A stretch of 64,000 bases of DNA from Candidatus Wildermuthbacteria bacterium (lineage in GTDB: Bacteria > Patescibacteriota > Minisyncoccia > Minisyncoccales > UBA10102), in the NCBI GenBank assembly GCA_016186115.1, contig JACPMK010000002.1, positions 200,983-264,982 on the forward strand, in the 5' to 3' direction. Shown one piece after another: positions 20,173 through 29,065 of this stretch. The number at the start of each line of letters is the position of its first letter. The stretch's first letter is position 1. The position numbers were made by a program, and so were the translations under genes. The notes beneath the pieces were generated by a model, which saw only the letters and a list, made by a program, of their open reading frames with translations, was not told where the DNA came from and did no database searches.

Positions 20173-20529
20173 TTATTCGACTGGCTTATGTTCCACGAAC
20201 TCGTTCTTGGCGTGGGTTTTGAGCCAGATGCCAAAGTGGTAGGTCTTGATTCCAGGACATCTCTGAATGAGAAGCTCCTTGATGCGCTCGGCGCATTCCT
20301 TTTCTTGATCGATCGTGCGAACGCCAGAGTCAATCACGATCTCCAGAGGCAATGCGTTATCGGTGAACTCCGGGTCCTCAACAGAAGAGTAGAAGGCCAC
20401 ATCTTCAGCGGGATATCCTAACGCTTCAGCAATGGTCGTTCGAATTCGACTCTTCTGAAACCGGAGCAAATCCTTGAGATTTTGGGTACCGGTACCGCTC
20501 GCGAGGAATCTTGCTGTTATCTGTGGCAC
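20173..20529 (-). CDS. hypothetical protein (possibly tautomerase/MIF-like)
   Basis: Strong SD AAGGAGG before GTG; begins with Pro (MPQI). Confidence 0.55.
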   Translation of the reverse strand: MPQITARFLASGTGTQNLKDLLRFQKSRIRTTIAEALGYPAEDVAFYSSVEDPEFTDNALPLEIVIDSGVRTIDQEKECAERIKELLIQRCPGIKTYHFGIWLKTHAKNEFVEHKPVE

Positions 20530-20560
20530 TGCACACCTCCTTCAAAATAACCTTGGGAAT

Positions 20561-20857
20561 CTACTTGAGAAGACCCATCTGACGCCTCCAATAAAGATCT
20601 CGAATCTTCTCAATCATCAAGGGGCATACTGTATTTGAGTGGGTAACCTCGGCCCGCGTTTCCGGAAGATCAGAGGATTGGATCTCTTGACCCAGAGCTT
20701 TAGCTTCCACATCGGTTAGATTTCCAGCATCTTTATGCTGGAGAACATCCTCATAACCCATATCTCGTGCCCATACCTCACGACTCTCCGAACTATCAGA
20801 GAAAACGATCCTCCCATGAGCTTTGCATTGAGGGCAAACCTCAAAATGAATATCCAC
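20561..20857 (-). CDS. hypothetical protein with CxxC
   Basis: SD AAGGAGG before GTG at 20857; TTGACA-17-TATCAT promoter starting at 20932. Confidence 0.55.
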   Translation of the reverse strand: MDIHFEVCPQCKAHGRIVFSDSSESREVWARDMGYEDVLQHKDAGNLTDVEAKALGQEIQSSDLPETRAEVTHSNTVCPLMIEKIRDLYWRRQMGLLK

Positions 20858-20928
20858 GGGCTTTCCTCCTTGGAGCCAGATTTGTTGTTCTAATGCTGGT
20901 GATATGATATAGCAAATCGTCGCTTTTG

Positions 20929-21032
20929 TCAAACTGCCGCGTCAGAAAGTTGGATTTTGAACTCGAATGGTATCAAGCTCTCCCCTTCTTCATGTCGGGT
21001 TGTGAACTGCCCATACCTACAGACAAAGTCAT
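20929..21032 (-). other. att-like junction C (putative native ychF start)
   Basis: ATG overlaps the pyrH TGA (ATGA); ATG ACT TTG TCT GTA GGT AT|GGGCAGTT CACAACCCGACA. Confidence 0.8.
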
Positions 21033-21748
21033 GATATGAGAGTTCCGGTAAATTCTTTGCCTTCAATGGCTTTTTTCAAATTCTCAAGATCGGTTCCCTT
21101 TACGGTTTTTACCACAAGGTGGATTTCTTCAGCCAACCTTGCCGCCACGGGGTCAATGGGCGAAGCAAGCCCCGGCTTCCATTTAGCAGGAATGAGTTTC
21201 CGGTATGTTTGCCAAGAGATTTCCGAAAATGGTTTTGCGTCTTTGTAGATCTTTGGATCTTTATCGTATACGAACGGAGTATCTCCGGCATCAATCATTT
21301 CTTTGGCATGGAATTTTTGCGCCAGCCGCACCGCAACATAGTCGGTGGACCAGCCCGGCCTCCAACCAGAAGCGATAAATAGTTTCGCCTTTTCCGCTTT
21401 CAGATCGAGGGCTTCCCCAAACGACGGGTCGTGATCAATCACAACCGGATGCGCTTCTTTTACAAAAATAGTGCGCATCAAATGGGCGTTCAAGCGAGTC
21501 GCGTGGATTCCAATCCAGTCCAAGTCCTCATCGGTCATCTTCACCACTTCTGCCGCAGAGCGATTATATACCCGCGCAGTTTTCCCTCCTCCGATTATCA
21601 AAATAAATCTTCTCCCATTGTTAAGCTCCTGTAATAAAAATCTCCGAAACTCTCGGAGAAATGAAACATTAATACCATCCTCGTCTGTCAAATGCGGAAC
21701 CACGATGGAACCCCCAAGCGCTATAACAACGAATTTTGAGTTGTCCAT
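21029..21748 (-). CDS. pyrH: UMP kinase, archaeal type
   Basis: ALGGS, GGGKTAR, LDWIGIHATRLNA, GWRPGWSTD, VYDKDP. Confidence 0.93.
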   Translation of the reverse strand: MDNSKFVVIALGGSIVVPHLTDEDGINVSFLREFRRFLLQELNNGRRFILIIGGGKTARVYNRSAAEVVKMTDEDLDWIGIHATRLNAHLMRTIFVKEAHPVVIDHDPSFGEALDLKAEKAKLFIASGWRPGWSTDYVAVRLAQKFHAKEMIDAGDTPFVYDKDPKIYKDAKPFSEISWQTYRKLIPAKWKPGLASPIDPVAARLAEEIHLVVKTVKGTDLENLKKAIEGKEFTGTLIS

Positions 21749-21988
21749 ACCCTGCCAGCCATTATATCCGCTTTTGCTCCCCGTGTCTATACCTCTATGA
21801 ATAAGAATATCCTCCGCGACAAACGCACAGAGGATTTTCATATTATTCCCCTATCACTGCGCAGAGTCCTGAAAATTTCCAGGAGATAAAAAAGAAACGC
21901 CAGCATTGCTGACGCCTTTCTGTCGATAACGGCCCGATTGAGGTGTGGGAGCGTCCCAAAATGGGACGCTCCCACTGCCCGGGTCTTC

Positions 21989-22039
21989 TTACCACCAGAA
22001 GACCCACATAAGAATAAACGAAACTAGCAACTGACGCAT
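21989..22039 (-). CDS. 16-aa hydrophobic peptide MRQLLVSFILMWVFWW
   Basis: SD AAAGGAGG just upstream; own TTGACA promoter and terminator. Confidence 0.5.
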   Translation of the reverse strand: MRQLLVSFILMWVFWW

Positions 22040-22126
22040 AACCGCCTCCTTTCCACCCTCCTGTTAGGGTAACTTCCACAGGAGGGTTAAGATCGGCGTT
22101 TATGCTAAGCTATCTCGCTGAACTTG

Positions 22127-23014
22127 TCAAGAGCGAGTTTTGTATCGCCAACGCCGAGTTTGTTTTCGGGGCGATCCTGCGTATTTGGCCATAAAGGCGG
22201 GAAATCCGATTCTTTTGAGCTCCTGATGAAACTTGTAGTAGCCGCACCATTCTTTTGAACAGATCCAGCTATCAGCCGGGTGCAAACAATAAAAAATATT
22301 TCTTTGAATGGCGTCCATAATAGTGGCAACGTTTCTTAGAACAGTTTTTTTATCAATAAATGGGCGCACCACACGGAATCGCACAATTTTTGAATTATTT
22401 TTGGAGAGCACAATAAAATCCTTTGAAATACCCCTGGACGCCTGCCCGGTGATGCTTTGATAGCCAACTTGATAAATCGCAAGTTGAGGATCGGTCCGGA
22501 CATCTTGCGTATTTGGAGTTACCCTTGTTGTTTTGAGTTCATGGATAACTCCTTTGGTATCGGTCATATCGATACGGCCAACCAGTTCCAGGTTTGGCCG
22601 CACAGCAAAAGCGAAAGATGCCTCAACTAAGTCGGGCTCAATGTAGGGGTTTAAACGTTTGAAATATGTTTCGAGCCCCTGCAAACCCGTGTCAATCATG
22701 TCGCCAACTTTTATATTCCTTTCTTTGGAAAGATATTCTCTGGTAAGAAAGGGGCGCGCCTGCTCCAACTCCTGTTTGTATTCTTCCAAAGCATTCCCAA
22801 ATGATTCCACAAAAAATTCTTGCGCTTCAACCAATTTCAGCCCATTCCCGTCTTCTTTTTTCTGTTCAAAGTGATACTGCAGCGTTTCGTGCAAAGCAAA
22901 ACCATGCTTAAACACTTTGCGCGGAGATTTCACTACGCCAAGCACATAGTGAAAAAGATAATGCTCCGGACATCTGATATACGTCATGAGTCCAGAGAAA
23001 CTAATTTGTTTCAT
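22127..23014 (-). CDS. PD-(D/E)XK nuclease family protein (RecB-like)
   Basis: SFSGLMTYIRCP, GRID..HELKT, QLAIY, C-terminal Cys cluster. Confidence 0.85.
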   Translation of the reverse strand: MKQISFSGLMTYIRCPEHYLFHYVLGVVKSPRKVFKHGFALHETLQYHFEQKKEDGNGLKLVEAQEFFVESFGNALEEYKQELEQARPFLTREYLSKERNIKVGDMIDTGLQGLETYFKRLNPYIEPDLVEASFAFAVRPNLELVGRIDMTDTKGVIHELKTTRVTPNTQDVRTDPQLAIYQVGYQSITGQASRGISKDFIVLSKNNSKIVRFRVVRPFIDKKTVLRNVATIMDAIQRNIFYCLHPADSWICSKEWCGYYKFHQELKRIGFPAFMAKYAGSPRKQTRRWRYKTRS

Positions 23015-23148
23015 AGCATTACAAAATCATACCGAAAAATAACGCACTTAACAAATTAAATAATATTTTCAAATAAAATGTACATCAACTTCATCCCATC
23101 GCATAAAGTTGATGTACAGTAGTAGAAAGAAAAAGAAAGGGCCCCTGG

Positions 23149-23463
23149 CTATGTTGGGCCAGGGGCTTTTTTCTTGGATCGTGGAATGCGATACTCTTCC
23201 GGGTAAAGCGTACGGCGGCGGCTTTTCCTTGCGCTTGGATCCCTTTGAGCAGTAGCAAAAGTTGGGAGGGTCGGCCTGCTTATGGGATTATCCGTGGGAT
23301 TGGGATTATCCATGGGATGATGAACAATCTGTTTTCCAGTCGCATCAAGATAAACGTAATACCCGCACTGGATACAATTGTAGTAAACATCAGACCCATC
23401 GGCCTGGATTGTTAAGTCACCACAACATCGCCGGCATCCGCGGAAAATAACTGACTGCATCAT
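23149..23463 (-). CDS. small zinc-ribbon protein
   Basis: CRRCCGDL..CIQCGY; SD AAGGAG before MMQSV. Confidence 0.65.
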   Translation of the reverse strand: MMQSVIFRGCRRCCGDLTIQADGSDVYYNCIQCGYYVYLDATGKQIVHHPMDNPNPTDNPISRPTLPTFATAQRDPSARKSRRRTLYPEEYRIPRSKKKAPGPT

Positions 23464-23699
23464 TGTTCTCTCCTTGCAGGATCGAAACGTTTTACAGTAG
23501 CTTCTTCTGTCTCCGTCAGATAATACCCGCACTGAATACAATAGATATAATTCCCATACCGGTCACGATCTGGCGTAAGATCGCCATTACACCGTGGGCA
23601 CCCTTTAAGCCATACCGCGCAAGGGTGCGCATCTGTCGAGAATCCAACAAACTCTACAATTTTTTGGGGCAGATTGCGAAACCTCGAAACAGTAATCAT
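23460..23699 (-). CDS. small zinc-ribbon protein
   Basis: CPRCNGDL..CIQCGY; SD AGGAGG. Confidence 0.7.
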   Translation of the reverse strand: MITVSRFRNLPQKIVEFVGFSTDAHPCAVWLKGCPRCNGDLTPDRDRYGNYIYCIQCGYYLTETEEATVKRFDPARREQ

Positions 23700-23768
23700 T
23701 CCTACCCCTCCTTTTTGTATTTAGCGCAACAATACCATGAAAATAGAAAAACTGCAAGCTAATCTTTT

Positions 23769-24530
23769 TCACATGCGAAGCTCTGCCTCCGCAGTACATT
23801 TGCGGTAGCGGCAAAAATCGCATTGAGCAGCTGCTGCGGGCAATGCGTCTGATATAAGGCAGGCATGCGCTTTTGCAAGCGCGTCCTCAACCCATGAATC
23901 ATTCCCCTCGTACGGAATAATCTTCACATCGAATTTCAATTTGCCGTCGAACGCTTTTGCGTCGGTTTTCCCGTTCACGTATACAAAATATCCAATCTCT
24001 GAAACATCGAATCCATTCTTTCGAAAAAGCCATTGATAAATTTCTATCTGCCGCCTGTATCCCTCTTGCCAGTCAGCATCAATGCCAATTTCTCCGTTTT
24101 TTGCAGTGGCCTTGTAATCAACAATGTGGAGTTTGCCTTGAGAATTAATCCAGACATCATCAATTCCTCCCCGAACAATAAAATTAGCTGCCTCGTAAAA
24201 AAATCTAATTCCGGCGGTGCGCGCATCGCGCCATTCTTCCATTTTTTCATGCTGAAAAGGAATCGCATCAATGCCGTACGTTTCCACCAAAGGATGCTTC
24301 GTACCCTCTGCGCGGTGAATATCAAATTCTTTTTTGAGTAAAATATCCACTGCATTATTCAAACTGAATGGAAATCCCGGCGGCTGGGCTATGCCTAAAC
24401 GCTGATCAAAATAAAAACAGCGGGCGCAGTTCATAAAAAGATCAAGCTTGGTCCGGCTTAGCACAAATGGCTCTTTTGATTTTGGGTCGAATAGTCCTCT
24501 TACCCGTTGTCCTGAATAATATTGCGACAT
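23769..24530 (-). CDS. PD-(D/E)XK nuclease family protein
   Basis: LSRTKLDLFMNCARCFY, GGIDD..VDYKAT, QIEIYQWL, CDFC. Confidence 0.88.
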   Translation of the reverse strand: MSQYYSGQRVRGLFDPKSKEPFVLSRTKLDLFMNCARCFYFDQRLGIAQPPGFPFSLNNAVDILLKKEFDIHRAEGTKHPLVETYGIDAIPFQHEKMEEWRDARTAGIRFFYEAANFIVRGGIDDVWINSQGKLHIVDYKATAKNGEIGIDADWQEGYRRQIEIYQWLFRKNGFDVSEIGYFVYVNGKTDAKAFDGKLKFDVKIIPYEGNDSWVEDALAKAHACLISDALPAAAAQCDFCRYRKCTAEAELRM

Positions 24531-24533
24531 AAA

Positions 24534-24923
24534 TTACGCGCAATGCACAGTAATATTTCTTTCCCTGGGCCCGCCCAATTCAATCAGAATTACTTTCTGC
24601 CATGGCCCGAGCATCAACTCGCCTTTCTCGACCGGGATGCACAACGATGGCCCTATAATAGAAGTGAGAATATGATACTTCACGTGCTCTGGTTTATGGG
24701 GATGGCGATATTTTAAAGCAGGCACCACCAGTTCAAAAGCATCAAGCATGTCCAGATCAGTTCCTTCATCAAGATCTGCCGTAGTAAGCGCGGCTGATGT
24801 ATGCACAACAAATAAATGACAGACACCATCTTTAATTCCCTTTTCCCCCACGATCTTCTGAACTTCAGCAGTGATATCAACAATTTCCCTTTCTTTTTTC
24901 GTTTTGATGATAATCTCTTCCAT
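24534..24923 (-). CDS. yjbQ: YjbQ/UPF0047 family protein
   Basis: VDIT, HTSAAL, LGPWQKVILIELGGPRER. Confidence 0.9.
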   Translation of the reverse strand: MEEIIIKTKKEREIVDITAEVQKIVGEKGIKDGVCHLFVVHTSAALTTADLDEGTDLDMLDAFELVVPALKYRHPHKPEHVKYHILTSIIGPSLCIPVEKGELMLGPWQKVILIELGGPRERNITVHCA

Positions 24924-24924
24924 A

Positions 24925-25593
24925 TCAGAATGCTCCTTTCTCTTCAGAGAAGGGCGGCTTTTTTGTTTCCGGGCGCACGGGCTGGCGCACTTTTGGGATA
25001 ATCAACGGACGAATAGGAAACAGAAGAATCACTGCGAACATCGTGAACGCGCTCACGAAAATAAATACAGCAGAAAACCCAAATGTACTTGCCATCCATC
25101 CTCCCAGGGCACCTGCGACTCCAGCGCCAAATCCAAGGGCCGTGCTTTCGATACTCCAATCAAATGCCTCCTGCCCTTTGTCGATATGCCTCGTAAAAAT
25201 GCCGGCCCATGTTGGCACCGCACAAGCCATGGCTATGCCATGAATAAATTCAAGCGCATACAACTGCCATGCAGAATTAATAAACAGATACCCAAGCGGC
25301 ACAAGACCCGAGAGAAATAAACCCCACACAAGAAAATAAAAATCATCGATTTCTCCATGATTCTTATCCACATGGCGCGCGATAAAAGGTTGAGCTATAG
25401 ATTTCGTTATCCAATACAGGCCCGCTGAAAATCCCACCACTCGGAGATCGCCATCTGCAATTTGCTCTGTCACAAAAACAGCAAAAATTGGGGCAATAAA
25501 TCCCCAACCCATCGAAAGCGAAAGATCACTCGTAATTAAAAAACGAACTACTTTATTGAGCGAAATTCGAAAGGTAAATTTAATCGTCTTCAT
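24925..25593 (-). CDS. half-size MFS-like membrane protein
   Basis: About 6 hydrophobic helices, 222 aa. Confidence 0.75.
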   Translation of the reverse strand: MKTIKFTFRISLNKVVRFLITSDLSLSMGWGFIAPIFAVFVTEQIADGDLRVVGFSAGLYWITKSIAQPFIARHVDKNHGEIDDFYFLVWGLFLSGLVPLGYLFINSAWQLYALEFIHGIAMACAVPTWAGIFTRHIDKGQEAFDWSIESTALGFGAGVAGALGGWMASTFGFSAVFIFVSAFTMFAVILLFPIRPLIIPKVRQPVRPETKKPPFSEEKGAF

Positions 25594-25661
25594 ATGGTAT
25601 GCACTACCCGAATATTACTTCAGCATACACTCGAACCTTCCCATCCGCAATATCCTTCCGA

Positions 25662-26228
25662 TTATTTTGGCAAAAGTTTCTGATACTCTTTCAAAAGAAA
25701 ACGCCAATGGCGGCGGGACCAATAAGGGCCGGCGTATGCAATGCCAATGCGAGGAGTCGCAATAATACCCGACGGTTTTATCTCTACTCCCCTATCTTCC
25801 AACCAAACTTTCTTGCTCATCACCAAATTCTCGCCATAAAAACTCTTGTCGAGTTTTAGATGCCTGCAAAGTTTACCGGGCCCGTTCGCCTCGCTAATCT
25901 TCCCGTCCACTGCCAAAGCGCGAATCAACACGCATTCTGGCGCCCCCGCTTTATAGGTAGAGATATTGAATTGCCAGTACATTCCGTATACGAGATAAAT
26001 ATAGATATGCCCGCCTTCCAGCCACTCGGCTTTGTTGCGAAGAGTCACCTTTCCCCTATACGCATGGGAGGCCTTATCGCGGGGCCCGATGTAGGCCTCT
26101 GTCTCAATAATTTTGCCCTCAATCTGCTTTTTGCCAATTTTCCTGATGATATATTTTCCGAGCAAATCTTTTGCAACCTGCAGCGTGGGCCGGATATAAA
26201 ATTTTCTTGCGAGGCGCTTGCTTTTCAT
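25662..26228 (-). CDS. mpg: 3-methyladenine DNA glycosylase (AAG/MPG type)
   Basis: IIETEAY, YIYLVYGMY, VLIRA, GPGKLC, PRIGI. Confidence 0.94.
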   Translation of the reverse strand: MKSKRLARKFYIRPTLQVAKDLLGKYIIRKIGKKQIEGKIIETEAYIGPRDKASHAYRGKVTLRNKAEWLEGGHIYIYLVYGMYWQFNISTYKAGAPECVLIRALAVDGKISEANGPGKLCRHLKLDKSFYGENLVMSKKVWLEDRGVEIKPSGIIATPRIGIAYAGPYWSRRHWRFLLKEYQKLLPK

Positions 26229-27376
26229 TTTTTCACCAAGCGATGCAAAGCTCTGTTTTTCTCGCTCGCTGGAATCTTGGTCTGCCTGACCGCCTTTGCC
26301 AACATCTCAATCGTGTGGTCATAAGTTTCGCGATCAACCGGATAAGGAATTTCATCTTTGCCCCCATGGGCAAAACTGTATCTGGCTGGATCTTCATAGG
26401 ATGGCCGCGCGCCATAGATCACTTCTGACACCAAGGCCAAAGCGCGCATTGTTTTTGGCCCCACGCCTTCTAACGCCAGAAGTTTTTCGTATGTCGTGGG
26501 TTTATAGTAAGAAATTTTTGCAAAAATCTTATCAAGATATTTGCTCCTCGAAAAATCCTCCTCTGCAACGGGATGCCACATGGGCTCTTTGCCTTCGAGC
26601 TTTAAAAGCGTAAGCTGATCATTGCCTTGTTTTAAGGCAGCCATTTTTGAAAATTCTGTTGAGTGTTTCCTCATTAATTCCAAATCCTGTTTCAAAGTTT
26701 GATACCCCTGCTGCGCAAGTTCAGTTGAAATCTTGCGGGTATTGCCGCTTTGCTTAGCGGTAAGATTGAGCACATATTTTTGAAATTGCTGCGAGGCAAT
26801 TCCAGTATGTGGCTCTTCTACCAGCTCGTGCACGTTTTCTGAAAACCAGTGATAACGCCGGGCGGTTTGATCTGCAATATTCATCCCCTGCTGCACTACC
26901 GACCATACGCCATTTCTAGAGAAGAAAAAACTATGATGATAAATCTGGTAGCCATCTTGCACTAAAGCACTGTCTACCTTTGCCGCCATTCTCGAATTAT
27001 ATTCAAGATTCTGCGTATACTCTGCCGGAAGATATAATCTTTCGCCCCATTCATGAATTTGCTCTGGAGTTTTACGCGATGTTTTGCCTTTACCGCCGCA
27101 AATAAAAATTTCGAGCTCCCGCTCCTGCCCGCGGATGGCTTCTTTGAGCGCCGCGGTCAAAATAGTGGTCAAACCCGAAGCATTCCAATCAAACGCCAGC
27201 ACCGTTCCCAACGACTGAAACCACACCGGGTCTGCAATTCTCTTGATAAATTCATCTGGGCCGTACTCTTCCACCAATACCCTTGTCATCTCGCGACCAA
27301 GTCGAACCATCCGCTCAAAGAGCCATTTTGGACATTTCCCATAGTCGAGTGTAAATGTGGCGATGCCGCGATACAT
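26225..27376 (-). CDS. DUF763 family protein
   Basis: DPVWFQSLG, AKVDSALVQDG, VVQQGMN, YSFAHGGKD. Confidence 0.88.
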   Translation of the reverse strand: MYRGIATFTLDYGKCPKWLFERMVRLGREMTRVLVEEYGPDEFIKRIADPVWFQSLGTVLAFDWNASGLTTILTAALKEAIRGQERELEIFICGGKGKTSRKTPEQIHEWGERLYLPAEYTQNLEYNSRMAAKVDSALVQDGYQIYHHSFFFSRNGVWSVVQQGMNIADQTARRYHWFSENVHELVEEPHTGIASQQFQKYVLNLTAKQSGNTRKISTELAQQGYQTLKQDLELMRKHSTEFSKMAALKQGNDQLTLLKLEGKEPMWHPVAEEDFSRSKYLDKIFAKISYYKPTTYEKLLALEGVGPKTMRALALVSEVIYGARPSYEDPARYSFAHGGKDEIPYPVDRETYDHTIEMLAKAVRQTKIPASEKNRALHRLVKK

Positions 27377-27497
27377 ACCTTAATAAAATTCTTAATTTTT
27401 AATGGAAAAGAGCCCACAAGTTCATTATACCAAAATACCAAAAATAAATTGGGCTTCATTGAAAAGCCCATACATGAGACAGGCTAATCCTGTCTAG

Positions 27498-28412
27498 CTA
27501 TTGTGTTGCGAGATGATATTTTGGCGCGGTTTGGGCGTATAAACTCTGAATCTCCCCTGCCGTCAAAATCTTTCCATAAATTTTCAGATCATCTATAGCA
27601 CCCTTAAACATAATATCGGCGTAGCCACCGAGTCGCAAACACGAGTCAATAGGATCTATGGGAATGATTCCCTCCTTTTGAGAATTACTGACTCCATCAA
27701 CATAAATTTTCCCGTCATTCATTGACGCGTCCCATGTCATAGCAACAAAATGCCACTCACCTGTCTGCCAATTGCCGACCGATGTAAAGATATTAGCACC
27801 TCCACCTACTATGCCGGTTCGCCATGTCATTTGAAGCCTTCTGACATTACCGGACTCATTCTTTAGCGTCACTGACCAGCGTTCTGATTGAGGATTACTC
27901 CTCATGCGAAAGACACCAATCGAAGTTCCGCTAGCTCCCCATGTAGCAAATCCTCGTTTAATCCACATAGTGACAGTCCCTTTTTGACGATCAATTGCAG
28001 AGGAGGGCAATACCACATAATCATTGGTACCGTCAAATTCGAGCGCAAAACTGTTTTTGGCATTGTCTTCATAGTATGTCGGGCAATTTCCATTGCCAGA
28101 AGTACAATTAATGGTATTGCAACTCGCGCCCGTACCTCCAAGCGTTCCATTCTGATTGTTTCCCGATGTATCCAATGCGGTGCTGCCCGAACCTTCGTCG
28201 AATTTCCATTCGGCTCGCAAATCAGTTCTCAACACACTATCAAAAGCAGAGCTGACTTCTTTTAATCCGCCCACTCTGCCGCGTTCTCTCATTGTTTTGA
28301 GGCCAAGCACAACAACTCCTGCCAGAATGCCAATAATAACAACGACCACCAAAAGCTCCATCAATGTGAATCCTTGAGATGCAGCTCTGTTCTGCTTTAT
28401 GGTTTCGGCCAT
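27498..28412 (-). CDS. type IV pilin-like protein with LamG-like domain
   Basis: GFTLMELLVVVVIIGIL prepilin motif; WKFDEGSG, ALEFDG, WHFVAMTWD, FKGAIDDLKIY. Confidence 0.88.
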   Translation of the reverse strand: MAETIKQNRAASQGFTLMELLVVVVIIGILAGVVVLGLKTMRERGRVGGLKEVSSAFDSVLRTDLRAEWKFDEGSGSTALDTSGNNQNGTLGGTGASCNTINCTSGNGNCPTYYEDNAKNSFALEFDGTNDYVVLPSSAIDRQKGTVTMWIKRGFATWGASGTSIGVFRMRSNPQSERWSVTLKNESGNVRRLQMTWRTGIVGGGANIFTSVGNWQTGEWHFVAMTWDASMNDGKIYVDGVSNSQKEGIIPIDPIDSCLRLGGYADIMFKGAIDDLKIYGKILTAGEIQSLYAQTAPKYHLATQ

Positions 28413-29065
28413 ATATGTGCGGCAGCTGGATAAATTTTTGTTAAGGGATGATTTTTGCAATCGTGTTTTCTCGCTGGGCAAATCTGTCGGCCGTACTCAA
28501 TCATGAGATACGTAAAGTCCTTCCATTCTTCTCTCGGCAAAAGCTCCATAAGGTCTTTCTCAATCTTTTCGGGAGTATTATATTCTGTAAGCCCAAATTT
28601 TCGGCAAAGCCGCTTCACATGTGTATCCACCGCAACGCCTTCCACAAAGCCATACACCGTACCTTGGATAACGATTGCACTTTTTCGCCCAACTCCCGGA
28701 AGCGTAATCAATTCTGCTACTGTTTTTGGCACTGTCTCGCCAAACCTCTCTTTCACAATTTTTGCTGCTGCAAGAATATTCTTTGCCTTGTTTTTGTAAT
28801 AATTAATGCTTCGAAGATCCTGCTCAAATTCTTTTGGACTCACTTTCACATAGTCTTCAAGCGTTTGATATTTCTGGAATAATTTTTCTGTTACTTCGTT
28901 GACTTTTTTATCGGTATTCTGCGCAGAAAGCACAACCGCAACCAACAGTTCCCACGGACTTGAAAATTTGAGAGCAATTGTGGCCTTTGAAAAAAGTTTT
29001 TCGAGTGCCTTGACAATCTTTGCAACCCGCTGGCGCCTTACTGCAGCTGACTCATTCGTTTTCAT
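28397..29065 (-). CDS. nth: endonuclease III
   Basis: LVAVVLSAQ, LPGVGRKSA, AVDTHVKR. Confidence 0.93.
   Translation of the reverse strand: MKTNESAAVRRQRVAKIVKALEKLFSKATIALKFSSPWELLVAVVLSAQNTDKKVNEVTEKLFQKYQTLEDYVKVSPKEFEQDLRSINYYKNKAKNILAAAKIVKERFGETVPKTVAELITLPGVGRKSAIVIQGTVYGFVEGVAVDTHVKRLCRKFGLTEYNTPEKIEKDLMELLPREEWKDFTYLMIEYGRQICPARKHDCKNHPLTKIYPAAAHIWPKP

Larger units (their letters stand above)
9786..21014 (-). mobile_element. tandem array of recombinase-less cassettes integrated at the 5' end of ychF
   Basis: ychF-like heads fused to a conserved arm at AT dinucleotides 21013-14, 19279-80 and 13829-30; intact ychF resumes at 9805; cargo is accessory. Confidence 0.75.
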
